From Octopus vulgaris (taxonomy: Eukaryota): a stretch of 64,000 nt of DNA. Both the position numbers and the translations under genes were made by a program. Shown in pieces: positions 12,641-26,966 of this stretch (positions are counted from its first letter, which is position 1; the number at the start of each line of letters is the position of its first letter). The stretch lies in NCBI GenBank assembly GCA_951406725.2, contig OX597815.1:109678001-109742000 (forward strand). The letters are read 5' to 3'. The notes below the pieces were generated by a model that was not told the DNA's origin, did not search any database, and saw nothing but the letters and a program-made list of their open reading frames with translations.

Positions 12641-13336
12641 CAATATAAACTCATTTTGCATCATATGGCTATACTCACACATATATGTATGTACTTACAG
12701 ACATAGCCACGCACACAGACGCACACACGCACACACACACATATGTTTATACCTGTCAATATAATACCATAAGTCTATGAATAAGCACTTGTGTGACCCA
12801 TCTATATATCGTTCACCACTCCTACATTTTATCGCTCTCTTAACTCCTACTCCTAGATTTCACCTATGACACGCACAAACATGTACGCACGCGCACACAC
12901 AAACAAACGGACACACAACATGCACATATAAGAACAAAGGAACTCCGTCAATTGTCGACGATGATTAGTCCATAGTAAGCCCCGTATGTAGTATCAAAAC
13001 TAAATTGATTCTACGCTCATCTATTATAGTCCAGCAGTTAACGACGAAAAACTTATTCCTATCACCTTTAACCATATCCTTGCATCTTTACCAAGATCAA
13101 TTCCAATTTCTCGTAATATAAGGTAACTGCCTGTAGCCTAGTTTCTGCTTACTTTCGACATGCACAAACCAGTTGAGATTTTGTTGCACCGATACTTTTC
13201 TGATGAGAGGGATCTTGATTCTCTATGCAGTCCTTCAGTTTATTTTTCGTACAATATTTGCGGTCTGTTTAAAATGTCCCGTTAGCAATTTTTGCATGTT
13301 TCTTTTTGTATTTCTCCTATTTAAGGCATATAGTCC

Positions 13337-13420
<84 letters not shown>

Positions 13421-13489
13421 GCCTGTTTGTCTGTCTCTCTCCCTCTGTCTTTCTAACTATTTATTATGGGTGTGCGTACGTATGTATTG

Positions 13490-13562
<73 letters not shown>

Positions 13563-13934
13563 AGTATATATGTGTATATATATATATATATATAGATGTG
13601 TGTATGTATGTATGTATGTACATATATATACATATATGTGTGTGTGTGTATATGCATGTATGTATATGTATATATGTACATATGTATATATATACATATA
13701 TATACATACATATGTGTGTGTGTGTGTGTGTGTGTGTGATGGGAGTGAACAAGGCTGTTGCTCAGTATACTTGCAATTTTAACGGAGAAAACCGAGAGAT
13801 GCATATAAACGGAATCACCACAATATTATGTGAATGTATGTGTTCGTGAGTGTGTTTAAAAAAGAGCAATAATAACTGTTCTGTATATTTTAATGATTGT
13901 TTTTTTTAAACATTGTCGTATGTACGTTGGTAAT

Positions 13935-14297
13935 TGTCCTGGTTCTTCACGATCTGAGTTCAAATTTTGCCGAGATCAACTTTGCCTTTTAACTTTTCGG
14001 TGTTGATAAATTAAAGTAACATACAAGTATTGGGTTCGCTGTAATCGAATCTCTTTAATTTCTGACCTTGCACCTATATTGGAACCAATTCGAGAGGACA
14101 GAATCGTAACCGCGCCGAGCAAATTGCTTAGTAGCATTTCGTCCATTTACGTTCTGAGTTCAAATTCTTCTGATGTCAGCTCAGCGTTTTATTCTTTCAG
14201 GTTCAATAAATTATATACCAGTTGAGCATTGAGATCGATGTAATCGTGTTACCGCCTCTCCCGAAATCGCTGGCTGTGTGCCAAAATTTTAAATCAT
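13935..14297 (+). mobile_element. Two tandem SINE family B copies with (ATT)n tail
   Basis: ctgagttcaaatt.....gag.tcaactttgcctttt...ttcgg...gataaatta..gta.ca appears twice; B-box GAGTTCAAATT. Confidence 0.75.
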
Positions 14298-14319
14298 TAT
14301 TATTATTATTATTATTATT

Positions 14320-14595
14320 TGAAAGGTTGCTGAAAGTTACTAAAATGGCAAGAGTGGTACCTCTCTAAGTGTAGAACCATGAGTCGGAGAGAAGGTATTG
14401 GAGAAGAAAATTGCTCTTAGGGTTTCAAGGACACCTTGGACAGTGGGGATCCTCGATTATCCTTAGAGGCGTTCCTGTATCAGGAGGACCACATCCCTAT
14501 GATCCCCGCTTTTTTTCTTTTACCGTTGTATGCTATGCACATCTCCCTTCGTTTCCAGTGTATATCGTGTATACTTTATATTTAATCATTTCATA
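14320..14595 (+). mobile_element. Probable L1/Tx1-type LINE extreme 3' end and UTR
   Basis: ERLLKVTKMAR..GTSLSV* followed by a GC-richer UTR-like tract; weak motif resemblance only. Confidence 0.35.
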
Positions 14596-14921
14596 ATTAT
14601 ATGTAAACACACACACTATATTTCTGTCTGAGTTTATTTTCGCATTGGACTCTACCATTCATTCCTTCGGATTCGATAACGTTTATAAGGGGTGAAATGG
14701 GCTATGTTGTGTTTATGAGTGCAAATCGAGATCAAAACTTTCACTTGTGAAATTATTCTTATTTCAAATAATTTATTCATTTCATTCAGATTTGCTGACT
14801 ATCATCACTAAATTTTTATTCATCCTTTGTCTACAATGGAAATTGTAAGAAATTAAGAAATTATCGCATTAAGAATTCAATGAATCCATCGTCTAATTAA
14901 TCCGAATTTAGGCCTCTGACT

Positions 14922-14992
<71 letters not shown>

Positions 14993-15178
14993 AATCTGTA
15001 TATATATGCACACACATACTTATAGAAAAATATACATATATACATATATATATACATACATATATACATACATATATACATATGTACATATATAAATACA
15101 TACACATATACATATATTATATATATATACATCGATATATACACACATATTTATAAATAAATATATATACATACATAT

Positions 15179-15233
<55 letters not shown>

Positions 15234-15730
15234 TGTACACATCTATATAAGTATATATGTGTATATCTGTCTCTGTATTGTCCCTCTCATCCTTCGCCCT
15301 TGTGGAAAATAAATGAAATGTATTGTGTTTAGGCTCTCTTTCGTGTGTATGTGCATATATAAACGTTTCTCTGTTTGACTCTGTGTGTTTCTGTGTTTCT
15401 GTGTGTATGTGTGCGTGTACACACACAAATATATTATGGTTGTCGCTCATTCCCATTGTCTAACTGTTGATATATTTTTTCCAGAACTCGATGGCCTACT
15501 ATGCGGGTGATTATAGCCACGGTTTCCAAGAAGTTTCGGTGAGTAGGATTATATTTAAGTCTCTGTTACCGAATTCATAGAATGATAGCATCGATTAATG
15601 CTTGATCCTATCTTTGGATGGCAGATTGGTGATACGTCATTGCAACTTCCATAACAAAAAAGAGTAGGGAAACAGTTGAAATGGGCTAAAGGGACGTTTG
15701 GCAGAACGATAGATCAAAACTTCATTATTA

Positions 15731-15870
15731 AGCTCTACAGCTGTTTCAACGACATAAGTACAAACATCAACATATCGTATGATGATTATAAAGTTAGTAC
15801 TAATATCTGTATATAACTTACATATGCATATATAATCTGAGATGCATAAAAACATTTCATCGCGGACTAA
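15731..15870 (-). ncRNA. Degenerate hammerhead-like motif with ~100-nt stem II insertion (Penelope pLTR-like)
   Basis: Minus strand reads aguc-cGCGAUGA-AAUG...CGUU-GAAAC-AGCU-GUA-gagcu, with palindromic stem III ACAGCUGU and a GUA triplet. Confidence 0.4.
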
Positions 15871-15976
15871 AATTGCAATACGAAAATCGTAACAACGCTG
15901 CTATTATAAAACATGTAGATAAAAGCTATACATACATACATACATACATACATACATACATACATACATACATACA

Positions 15977-16012
<36 letters not shown>

Positions 16013-16151
16013 CACACACACACATACATCGTTATGTGAGTATCTGTTTGTATTTACACATATTAATCGATATGTATAGATACACACATATAGTCGGTCA
16101 TAAACATATACATAGATACATTATATATAAAATAATAAGTATACAGATGCA

Positions 16152-16193
<42 letters not shown>

Positions 16194-16540
16194 CGTGTGT
16201 ATGTATGTATATTTATCCACAAATATAAACATATGTATACAGAGAGAGAGGGGGGCGAAAGAGAATGAGAGAGTGAGAGAAAATAATAGCTGTAATAAAG
16301 TAAAAGAGGACACTTAAAAAAAGAAGGAAATAGAGACATGCAGCAACAATTTTTATGACCAGTTAAAGAAAATTCAATAAACAAAATGACATAGTCGAGC
16401 TTAACGTTTTTAAATAAGTTGGAGTGTTTGAAGTCTGTTACATGTATCCATATAGTGAAAAGGTTATAGATTAACAGACAGACACAGACATGCACACACA
16501 CAAAAACTCATACACAAATGTGTGTGTGTGTATATATAAG

Positions 16541-16829
<289 letters not shown>

Positions 16830-17204
16830 AGAAATGTCTATACAGGAATTTGCGCATGTTTAAAATTCAGAAGAAATTTATTCTGATATAGATAAATACA
16901 GCCTCAATAAATTTAAGAATAAATTCTTAAATAAGTGAAAATGAAATAATTGCTTTAAAATTAAAAAAAAGGTAAGACTGAAATAATGAATTAAAATGAA
17001 TATTTTAAATTATACAAGATAAGCTCAAGGATTAATTATACAGAGAGTATATAAAATAATGACTTAAGCAAATTATCGTATACCAAAAGATATTCTATAT
17101 ACGAATTTTTTTTGTTATTAGAACTGCTCATATCTAAGTTTTATCCAAGTATTTTTCATATGTTGATCAGTATGACTTTTCGTTTTCTATAATCTTTTAT
17201 CTGT

Positions 17205-17368
17205 CAATTGTTAGTTGTTTCAGTCATTGGTCTGCGGCCATGCTGGGGCAACACCTTAAATATCCCTCAGTACTTATTTTTTAAAGTCTGGTTCTAATTC
17301 TAGCGTTCTATTTTGCCGAACCACCAAGTAACAGGAACGTAAACAAATACCAATTGTCAAACGTTGGA
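17205..17368 (-). mobile_element. SINE family A tail part
   Basis: tgtttcagtcattggtctgcggccatgctggggca...ttttgccgaacc. Confidence 0.75.
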
Positions 17369-17588
17369 TGTACATATATTGGCATATACATATATATGTA
17401 TGTGTGTATGTATGTGTATATATATATACATGTATGTATGTATGTATGTTTGTATGTATGTATGTATATATGTATGTATGTATGTATGTAAGTTAAAATT
17501 CAAATTACGATAAAAGTAAACAAACAAACGAAGTTTGCTTTACGAGCGCTGAGATGTCTTAGAAATTAAAGAAATGATATTTTTCTAA

Positions 17589-17745
17589 ATTCTCAAACGA
17601 AGGATAATACTTATAATAATTTCTGAATAGGATAAACTACTCCTATTTTGCAGAGAAAAGTTTTGGCGGCCAACACTTTTTTCTGCAGAATAGGGGTAGT
17701 TTAACCTGTTCGGTCTATATTATAAACATTGTTCTACGTTTGAGA

Positions 17746-17747
<2 letters not shown>
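17589..17747. repeat. ~160-bp essentially loop-less imperfect palindrome
   Basis: attctcaaacg...ataggataaactactcctattttgcagagaaaagttttggc|g|gccaacactttttctgcagaataggggtagtttaacctgttc...cgtttgagaat. Confidence 0.85.
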
Positions 17748-17776
<29 letters not shown>

Positions 17777-17832
17777 TGTATGTATGTATGTATGTATGTA
17801 TGTTTGTATGTTTTTATGTATATATACATACA

Positions 17833-17925
17833 TCTTTTCTTTCGTTTCCTGAGCGTCCAATAACACAGTACTTATTCTACGTCCACGCGTTGTTTTTTCT
17901 TGCTTGTTCATGTTTGGATTGACTA
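17833..17925 (+). mobile_element. Truncated copy (3' part, downstream of the ribozyme motif) of the element at 38790-38999
   Basis: tttcctgagcgtccaataacac..tactt.ttc.acgtcc.cgcgttgtt...ttcatgtttggatt.acta matches the reverse complement of 38790-38890. Confidence 0.8.
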
Positions 17926-17949
17926 CATACACACACATATACACACACA

Positions 17950-18080
<131 letters not shown>

Positions 18081-18105
18081 GTATGTATTTTTGTATGCAT
18101 GTATA

Positions 18106-18256
18106 TGATGGGCTTTCGATCTATCAAATCCATTCACAAGGTTTTGTACAGCCCGGAGCCTTGGTAGAGGACACTTGCCCAAGGTGTCACGCAGTTGGGC
18201 TGAACAGGTCACATGATTAGGAAGTAAGCTTCCTAATCGCACACTCACGCCTCCGC
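18106..18256 (-). mobile_element. SINE family A head part
   Basis: gatgggcttt...caaatccattcacaagg...gacacttgcccaaggtgtcacgcagt. Confidence 0.8.
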
Positions 18257-18919
18257 TTAATTAGAAGACGCCACATATTTCTAATTCTTGCACTTCATAT
18301 CATTTACATGTTCCTTGATGATTAAAGAACTTAGAACAAACTTTATTCTTTCCACTACTTCACGAGTACTTCAAAACAATATCAGCGGTCTCCCATATAC
18401 TGCTCAGCATATTTTAAAATAAACCACTCCAAGCTAATCTGCCTCTTCTTCTATTTTAACAAATATATTCAACAAGAGAAGCTGAATTTTTTTTTTCTTA
18501 GAGTATGATTGACAGTGCGAATAAACTGCTTTTTCAAACAAATTTCTTGTAGGTCCAATATAAAATTTAGAAGTATGAGTTGTAACAATACCTTTACAGT
18601 ATATTTTTATGCTGCCAAAACCTTTTAAAGGGCAAGTTTCTGTTATTCTACGATTGCGTACAAATACGTTATCTGAGGTCAGCTAAATTTCTACATAAAT
18701 TAACACTAATTGAAATATTATTTCTCATTTTCTTCATCGTCATCGATTTTCTTTTATTATTTTTATTAATATAATTGAAATGAAAATAAAGATTCGTTCG
18801 ACAAAATCCTTCAAGTCGGTGCACCAGTATGGCCGCTGTTCAAAGACTTAAATGCAAGAAAGATAATAGAATAATAAGTATCAGCTAAATACCTGCTAGA
18901 AGTAGCAGTAGTTGTCAAG

Positions 18920-19036
<117 letters not shown>

Positions 19037-20054
19037 CTGAGGCTGCGAGCTGGCAAAATCGTCAGCGCGTCAGACGAAAATGCTTAGCAGTATTTCGTCT
19101 GTCTTCACGAAATAGTCCAAACAATGTACATGATAACACTTCCAGTTAGTTAATATCAGAAGCCATGAGTCATTGTTTGATACTACACCTGGGAACTTAT
19201 CATCATCATCATCCTCATCATCATCATCATCATCCTCATCCTCATCATCATCATCATCATCCTCATCATCATAATCATCATCATCATCTTTTAGCATATG
19301 GTGTTGTGATACCGGTATAATAGGCGTTAAGTGTAGTGCAGATAACACAATTTGGCAGTTTACTTACTAAAAATACCAAAATATATGGAAAATACATTAG
19401 CAACAGGTGTGCTTAATTGTAGTGTAATACCCATACTTCGTAATAGTTTTACCTGTATTCAACATACCAAACATTCGCATATTATTAACAGTTGAAGAAC
19501 TACATGCATCGTATTTATTTTAACTAATAAATTAATATTACTTTGTAATCTATAAACCTTAGATAATAAATTATATTACTTCGTAATCTATAAGATTCCA
19601 TCATTGGATTTTATCCTTAATAACTCTATATTAGTGTTTTTAGCATATCGATAAATTCTTTTAAATATTATCATAATTATTATTATTATTATTGCTATTG
19701 TTATTAGCAGCACTACTCGACGAAAATTGTTTCATTTTTATACTTAGAAGCATTATATGTCATATTAATCTCTATTTATCGTACTAATCGAAAAAGAATT
19801 TTTTTTTATATTAATAGAGAGTTTACTATTCGCAGCATTTGCTTTTCAAGTATAATTTTATTGAGATAATTAAGACATGCATCATTAGATATAGTAATTG
19901 GAGATTCTTCAGAATTCTTGATACTATAATTAGAAGTTACATTAGTATTCTTAGAAAAGTTAATGTGGTTAATTATTATTTTGAATTTGGTATTAGATGT
20001 ATACATCGTTTTTGGGATGTACACAGTGTCATTTTGAGTACATTTTTGCTCGAG

Positions 20055-20460
20055 AAGAAAAAGCTTGGACTCGCTACTATAGAGATATAAAGAAACTTGA
20101 GGCATTAAACATGTTTTGTCTGCGGCATATCTGCAACATAAAATGGCAAGATAAGATATCAAATGTCAAAATTTTAGAAAATTGTGATATCACCATTATC
20201 GAAAGCCTGTTGATGAGAATTCAGTGCAGAGGGGCTGGACAAGTTCGAATGCAAGATGATAGCATTCCGAAAATTCTTTTGTATGGTCAACAAGTAGAAA
20301 GACTCTGCAGTAAGGGAAGACCCATCCTTAGATATATGGATGAGTTGAAGCAATCACTAAAATCTCAATAGATTAATTTAACATCCTGGGAATGTTATTG
20401 CCCAAATCGATCTGGGCAATATGTGATATGTTTCACCAATCTGAGTTGAAGAAACAACAA
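20055..20460 (+). mobile_element. RTE (BovB-like) LINE RT C-terminal fragment
   Basis: ORF 19997-20371: EKAWTRYYRDIKKLEALNMFCLRHICNIKWQDKISNVKILE...RMQDDSIPKILLYGQ...GRPILRYMDELKQSLK, a classic RTE C-terminus. Confidence 0.9.
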
Positions 20461-20871
20461 TAAAAGAGTTACATGCTGCGGCTGTTTTGAGGGTTGTTAC
20501 TCATATTTGCTTGATCAATGCTGAGTCATTTAACTTTATCACTCTGACACTTAACTCACACTCGCCCCATCGATCCCTTCCCTGTCTGTTCATATACCTA
20601 TGCATAAGGCATGCCATTGTCACTTTATGTGCTACTATTACACTCTCTTTTAATGTGGTATACACACACACGCACACACAAACACATATATAATACATAA
20701 TAAATGCATGCATACATATACATACATATTTATATATATATGTATATATATATATATATTTATATAAAGAAAGATAAGATCGTTAATTTAAAAATAGAAT
20801 AACGATTTTACCAAGTAGTCAGCATGGTAAAAATTACCTTCAAAGATAATTTATAATTTTATATATGTATG

Positions 20872-20966
<95 letters not shown>

Positions 20967-20969
20967 TTG

Positions 20970-21019
<50 letters not shown>

Positions 21020-21023
21020 TATA

Positions 21024-22320
21024 CCAGCTGTTGGACCGGTTTTGCTCGTGTGTTTTTTGTGTTGAAGTTAAGCCCACCTCTGACCTTGTATTGAAATCTT
21101 CTACGTTACCCGTGCCAACTATTACCCATTCAGATGTTAAATCTGGTTCGGCAGGGATTTTATCCGGATAACGCTTCCGACATACTCCTACATACTGAAC
21201 CATCTGAAATGCAGTCAAACTTTTGAGCGTACCCCGACCCGTTGAGAGTGATGTTTGTTTATTTCTTTCCCCTTAATGCCACCCTCTGTACAAAATTTAT
21301 CGGCGTGTCCAATCTCAGCAAAATCCGAAAAGTCTTAAGGTTATGTCATAAAATAGAATACATGAAAGTATCCCATTGACTTTTAAATCCCAATACATGA
21401 TATGAATAATCGATGTTCCATATGTCGAAGTGTTTAATTTTACTCATGGGTCAAAAATCAGTTCATTATTTTATTATGAGTGAATTTTAAAGATTTCTGC
21501 CTTTCACCGGTTTAATTTTAATTCTACTACATGACTCCCATCATAAACTCTACCTAAATGTCAAATTTCTTCAAAATCAGATGAATTCTGTAAGAGTTAC
21601 ACCATAAAATATTAATCCTATGGGTAATTGCATGCAATATCTTAAAATACCCCCTCACGCACAATTTCCGATTTTTTGTCAACTCTTTATTCTGGCATCA
21701 ACTAATGGACATGAACTGTAATCATGTGTATAATTTCTACAAAATCGATAAGAATGTCTCTAAGGAAATGTTCATTTGCATTTGTGCCCTTTTCGGGCCC
21801 TTCTGAATTAAATAAACACCTTTACAGTCTCCCCCACTGCAACATTTACCTACATCTCAAATTTCATTAAAATCATATAAAAAAAATATAAAAGTTACGG
21901 CCAAAAGTAAAATCTCTATGGGTATTTGCATGCAAAAAGCCTACTGATTTCATAAAACCACTGCTCAAGCGCAATTATCGACATTTTGTCAACGCCATAT
22001 ACTGACATCAACTCAATGCTATGAGCCTCGCTCACACATCGATTTTCATCTAAATCGGACAAAAAATGCAAATGCTGCAGGAAAAATAACATCGTTATGG
22101 CAATTTCCATTCAAACGCCCGATTGAGCAAACTAAAAAAAAAAACGATGCCAGCTGAGCATTATCGAGTTTACCAAAACTTTCGGCGTTATTTGAACTTC
22201 AGGGCATGTGATCTACCTATGTGCCAAAAATCATTAAAATAGGTTGGACGGTGTGGGAGGAGTTAGAGTTACCCAAAAGACACAGACAGACAGACACCAT
22301 TACACATTTATGTATATAGA
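21024..22320 (-). mobile_element. Non-autonomous Helitron (Lep1-like architecture), about 1.3 kb
   Basis: Minus strand starts A|TCTATATAC, has (CTGT)n near the 5' end, and ends ...ccggtccaacagCTGG|T (CTRR). It sits between A and T with no TSD; an internal AAATTTC.T.AAAATC motif recurs. Confidence 0.75.
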
Positions 22321-22513
22321 TTTATACACACACACACACACACATATATATATGTATATAAATATATATACATATATATATATATGTATATATATGTACA
22401 TATATATGTATATATATGTACACATACATATATATATATATACATATAATATACATATATACATATATGTATATATATATACACACACACATACATATAC
22501 ATATATATATACC

Positions 22514-22569
<56 letters not shown>

Positions 22570-22571
<2 letters not shown>

Positions 22572-22830
22572 CTATTATAAGAAGGTCTATTACTATAAGG
22601 AAAGCCACACGTTGTAAGCTTTCTAAAGTCAAACTACTTCAATAAATATGCACAAGCATCATTAACGGAGAGCATATTATACATGCTGACCATGAAATCA
22701 TTAATGATACACGACTAAACCTTTTTTAAAGGAATTCGGTGTCAGTGCATATTTATTGAAGCAGTTTGACTTTAGAGTCCCCTTACAGCGTGTGGCTTTG
22801 CTGATAGTAATTGCCCTTGATATAACAGTG
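22570..22830. mobile_element. MITE with ~85-bp TIRs and TA flanks (Tc1/mariner-type)
   Basis: tactattataagaagg...aaagccacacgttgtaag...tctaaagtcaaactacttcaataaatatgcac pairs with gtgcatatttattgaagcagtttgactttaga...cttacagcgtgtggcttt...tataacagtg|TA. Confidence 0.85.
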
Positions 22831-22891
22831 TATTTTATATATAAGGAAAAACATTATATACTTTGCAGTATATCTTATATAGATTTCCTCC

Positions 22892-22972
<81 letters not shown>

Positions 22973-23290
22973 GCTGTAACTATTTATTATATATAAACAC
23001 TTTATCCGATTTATATTTACTTGCATTAATATCTTTGTTTAGCTCTTTGAATTTTTTAAACATTGATTTACCATCAAATTACAGATACATTTTTGCTACA
23101 AAAGTCATTAAGTATGAGCATAAAACTTCTTTCGTAGCTAATGTTATGTAACAATGACGGGAGCGTACCACACTTTGAAGAAAATCTATTTCTTTATGTG
23201 TGACGAATGTTGTTACATCGGAAAACAAGAGCGCTGCCAATACCTCCAAGAAAAAAGCAACGGAACTTACTTTATGGGCATCTAAATATA

Positions 23291-23820
23291 CATGGAGAAC
23301 CACGCTAATAGCTTAGGAGTGAAATTTAGGATTTCTCGGTTTTTTTTTGCGAATCAATTTTGATAAAACTTTTCCCAGCTGGTTTGCCCACTATGGCAAC
23401 ACCACTATTACGTTTTCATTATTCAGTGTAATGTCCTTCCTTTTTTATTTCAGATTCTTTAGTTTTGGGGTGAACCACGCTAACAGCTTTTGAATTAAAA
23501 TAGCCTATCTAAACTTTTTATATTTTTAGAAAGTGAAGGCTAATGATACATTGGGTATATATTTAACAGTAAAAAAATGATACATTGGTATATATTTAAA
23601 ATAAAACTGTAATGTTATATTTATTGACATAATGAATTATGAGCGCCATTTCGACGGATAACTTCAATACCCCTAAAAGTCAGGTAATCTGTCAATTTCT
23701 AAATAGTAGCAGATTGGACTGCCTCGGCTGCAGCTTTGATGGTTGCCCATAGGACATCTTTTAACGTAAATTGGTGACCATCGACATAAATATCTTGTGT
23801 AAAGATTTTCGATAAGGTTG
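23291..23820 (-). mobile_element. Tc1-family DNA transposon remnant: transposase C-terminus plus IR/DR-type terminal repeat
   Basis: Minus strand 23820-23635 gives NLIENL..QDIYVDGHQFTLKDVLWATIKAAAEAVQSATI*KLTD...IEVIRRNGAH (DLNPIENLW motif). Direct repeat aaccacgctaa.agctt at 23298 and 23473; TA at the end. Confidence 0.8.
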
Positions 23821-24199
23821 AGAACCGGAGATGCTATCAGCCACACCATCAACCTTTTACCTTGTGTGCCGTAAGACTCTAGTAATATTTGGGTGGTCTA
23901 GCAGAGTGAGAGGGAGCTTGTCATGCATGAATACGCGATTCCTTAGAGGTGACAGTGGTATGTTATTTAACCAGGGATCCAAGACCTGCGTTCACTTTAA
24001 CCCCTTCAGGCACCCTGGTCTAGTAGCTCCTTGTAAGTAGACATTGATCTTAGGTTGCTATGATAAACCCTTCTGTCTCTGATTTTAAGCCAGAAGACAG
24101 TAGCCATAGATGGGTAAGAGCTTTGTCAACATCAGCGTTATTGGGTATTTGCCATTGAAATGTTATTATTATTAGTATCATCATCATTATCATCATTAT

Positions 24200-24400
24200 T
24201 AGTAAGTAGAATCGTTAGCACGTCAGGCAAAATGCTTAGTGGCATTTCATCCGTGTTTATAATTTAAATGCCACCGAAGTCGACTTTGCCTTTCAGCCTT
24301 TCGGGGTCGATAAAATGAGTACCAGTTGAACACTGGGGCTCGATTTAATTGACTTAGAGCCTCCACTGAAATTGCTTGCCTTTTGCCGAAATCTGAAACC
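24200..24400 (+). mobile_element. SINE family B (tRNA-derived, MetaSINE-like central domain)
   Basis: agaatcgttagcacgtcaggcaaaatgcttag...gtcgactttgcctttcagcctttcggggtcgataaaatgagtaccagttg; ATT-rich flanks. Confidence 0.85.
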
Positions 24401-25270
24401 ATTATTGTTGTTATTGTTGTTATTGCTGTTAAGGTGTTATTCACACCTTATTGATATGTTTCATAGAGATATGGCTTTGGATTGCTTAGAGAAAACGAAA
24501 TATGAAAACATTGTATGATGTCATTCTCATCGGCAATAGCCATTCAGTTGAGGCTAACCAAACGAGGTTCAAAACCATCGTTCAATCACGAAGTACTGAC
24601 GCTTGGCAATAGCATCTTTATCGAGCCAGTCACCCGCCTTCGATGGAATACCAGCAGCAAGACATTTCCTTCCAAATTTAGCAAGCATACAATGCTCCAA
24701 CTTCGATCATCACAACTACAATAACACAGATAAAAATTCACTATCATTACCAAACTTTTATCTCGTTATTTTTATTCGAACCTATTTCTTTTTTCCCCAT
24801 TTCTTCATTTTATACCAAGCCACCGCTTTCTGTTTTCCTCCACACTTCCTTCTCTTTTTATCTCTCTCTATCTTTCCCTTTTTGTCTTCCTCTCACAATC
24901 TCTTCACGTAACATCCTCGCCTTTTCCGCGCCTCCTTTCCACATATCTTACTCTCCCAATTCTCTCAATTATACACGACATCTAAACACTGAAGCTGTCC
25001 AATGTAGCTTCACAATGTAACAAACCCAGCCTAAATGGTTTACTGCCAACCTATGTTCTACCTTCCTTTGTCTAAAACGAAATCTTGCACATAATCTATG
25101 ACTGGAATTCCTGCCTCAATATTTACTTGTTTTGTTATGTATTTAGTTTACTTTCGCCAAATTATAGAATTCAGCAAATTTTAAATTGGTCTAACAACAA
25201 CTCTAATTTTGGGCTAGGTATGAATGTATGTACGTATATTAATACACACACATACATATATGCATACGTA

Positions 25271-25339
<69 letters not shown>

Positions 25340-25402
25340 ATACAGACATACATATATCTACGTACATGTGACTGTGCGTGTATGAATGCATATGTGTGTG
25401 AT

Positions 25403-25496
<94 letters not shown>

Positions 25497-25636
25497 TGTA
25501 TATATTATGTACGATCATTCACTCTATTTCTATCTCTGATTCTTCCGAAATTTTCCCACTTTTCTCTTATTCATCGCAATTATTTTCTCCCACATTCACA
25601 CATTTCTGCTCACACACGAAATCAGACGCACATAAA

Positions 25637-25733
<97 letters not shown>

Positions 25734-26093
25734 CATATACACATACATATACATATGTGTGGATGCTCGTGTATATGTACGTATACATTTATACGATCAT
25801 TCAAACACTGAAAACCGACAGGCACACATGTATATAATTCCGCCTCGTTAGCCTTCCTGTATGTCTAACTGTCTATCGAACATTCTTTCAACCCAGTCCA
25901 TCAATCATCAATAATCAATGACACGATTCTTACCTCATCCAACCCGCGCCGAACTTCCATTCTGTAGTCATACACACCTTAACTAAGTGTATACGTAGGT
26001 CTCTCTCTCTATATATATACATACACATAGGCGTATGTATAAATATGTATATGTATATATATATATACAAACATATACATATATATTTATTCA

Positions 26094-26142
<49 letters not shown>

Positions 26143-26177
26143 GCATATATATATATATATATATATATCCACATATG

Positions 26178-26225
<48 letters not shown>

Positions 26226-26397
26226 CTCACAAGCATATATACGTATCCTATATATTATGTATGCATACATGCAAATATACACACGAATACGTTCGCATAG
26301 AGGCACATAGTCACATATAGTTTTTAGTATTGTCTGTCCTGTTCAATCTTATGTTCTGTCAATTCGTTATTCTCCAGTTGCTTTCCTCTAAACCTCT

Positions 26398-26433
26398 TTC
26401 TGATATTTTCAGACTTCAGTCTTTATCAAGCCA
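26398..26433 (-). ncRNA. Degenerate minimal hammerhead-like motif
   Basis: Minus strand reads ggc-UUGAUAA-AGAC-ugaa-GUCU-GAAA-AUAUC: perfect 4-bp stem II, two core substitutions. Confidence 0.35.
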
Positions 26434-26501
26434 TTTTTAGTTAGATCAACAAAATTTCCATTCTGATTTCTATTTATCGCTCCTCCACCCCGCCTCACTC
26501 T

Positions 26502-26659
<158 letters not shown>

Positions 26660-26906
26660 TATGTATGTATATATATATCAATCTAGCTTTATATCTATGT
26701 AGATATTCTTCCTTTCTTCCTCTATACACGAGTAATTTCCTTAGTTTCCACAAATTTCTGACATACGCACTCATGCACACACACACACACACACACACAC
26801 ACAACTATGTATTATAGACATTCATACATACAATCATATTTCCATATAAATAAATTATAGTTATACATTTTGTATTGTGTGTATGTATATATTCATATAT
26901 GTATAC

Positions 26907-26966
<60 letters not shown>

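Noticed and set aside
23820-24150. GC-richer segment adjoining the Tc1 remnant
   Set aside because: Possibly a LINE 5' UTR on the minus strand, but no diagnostic motif could be confirmed.
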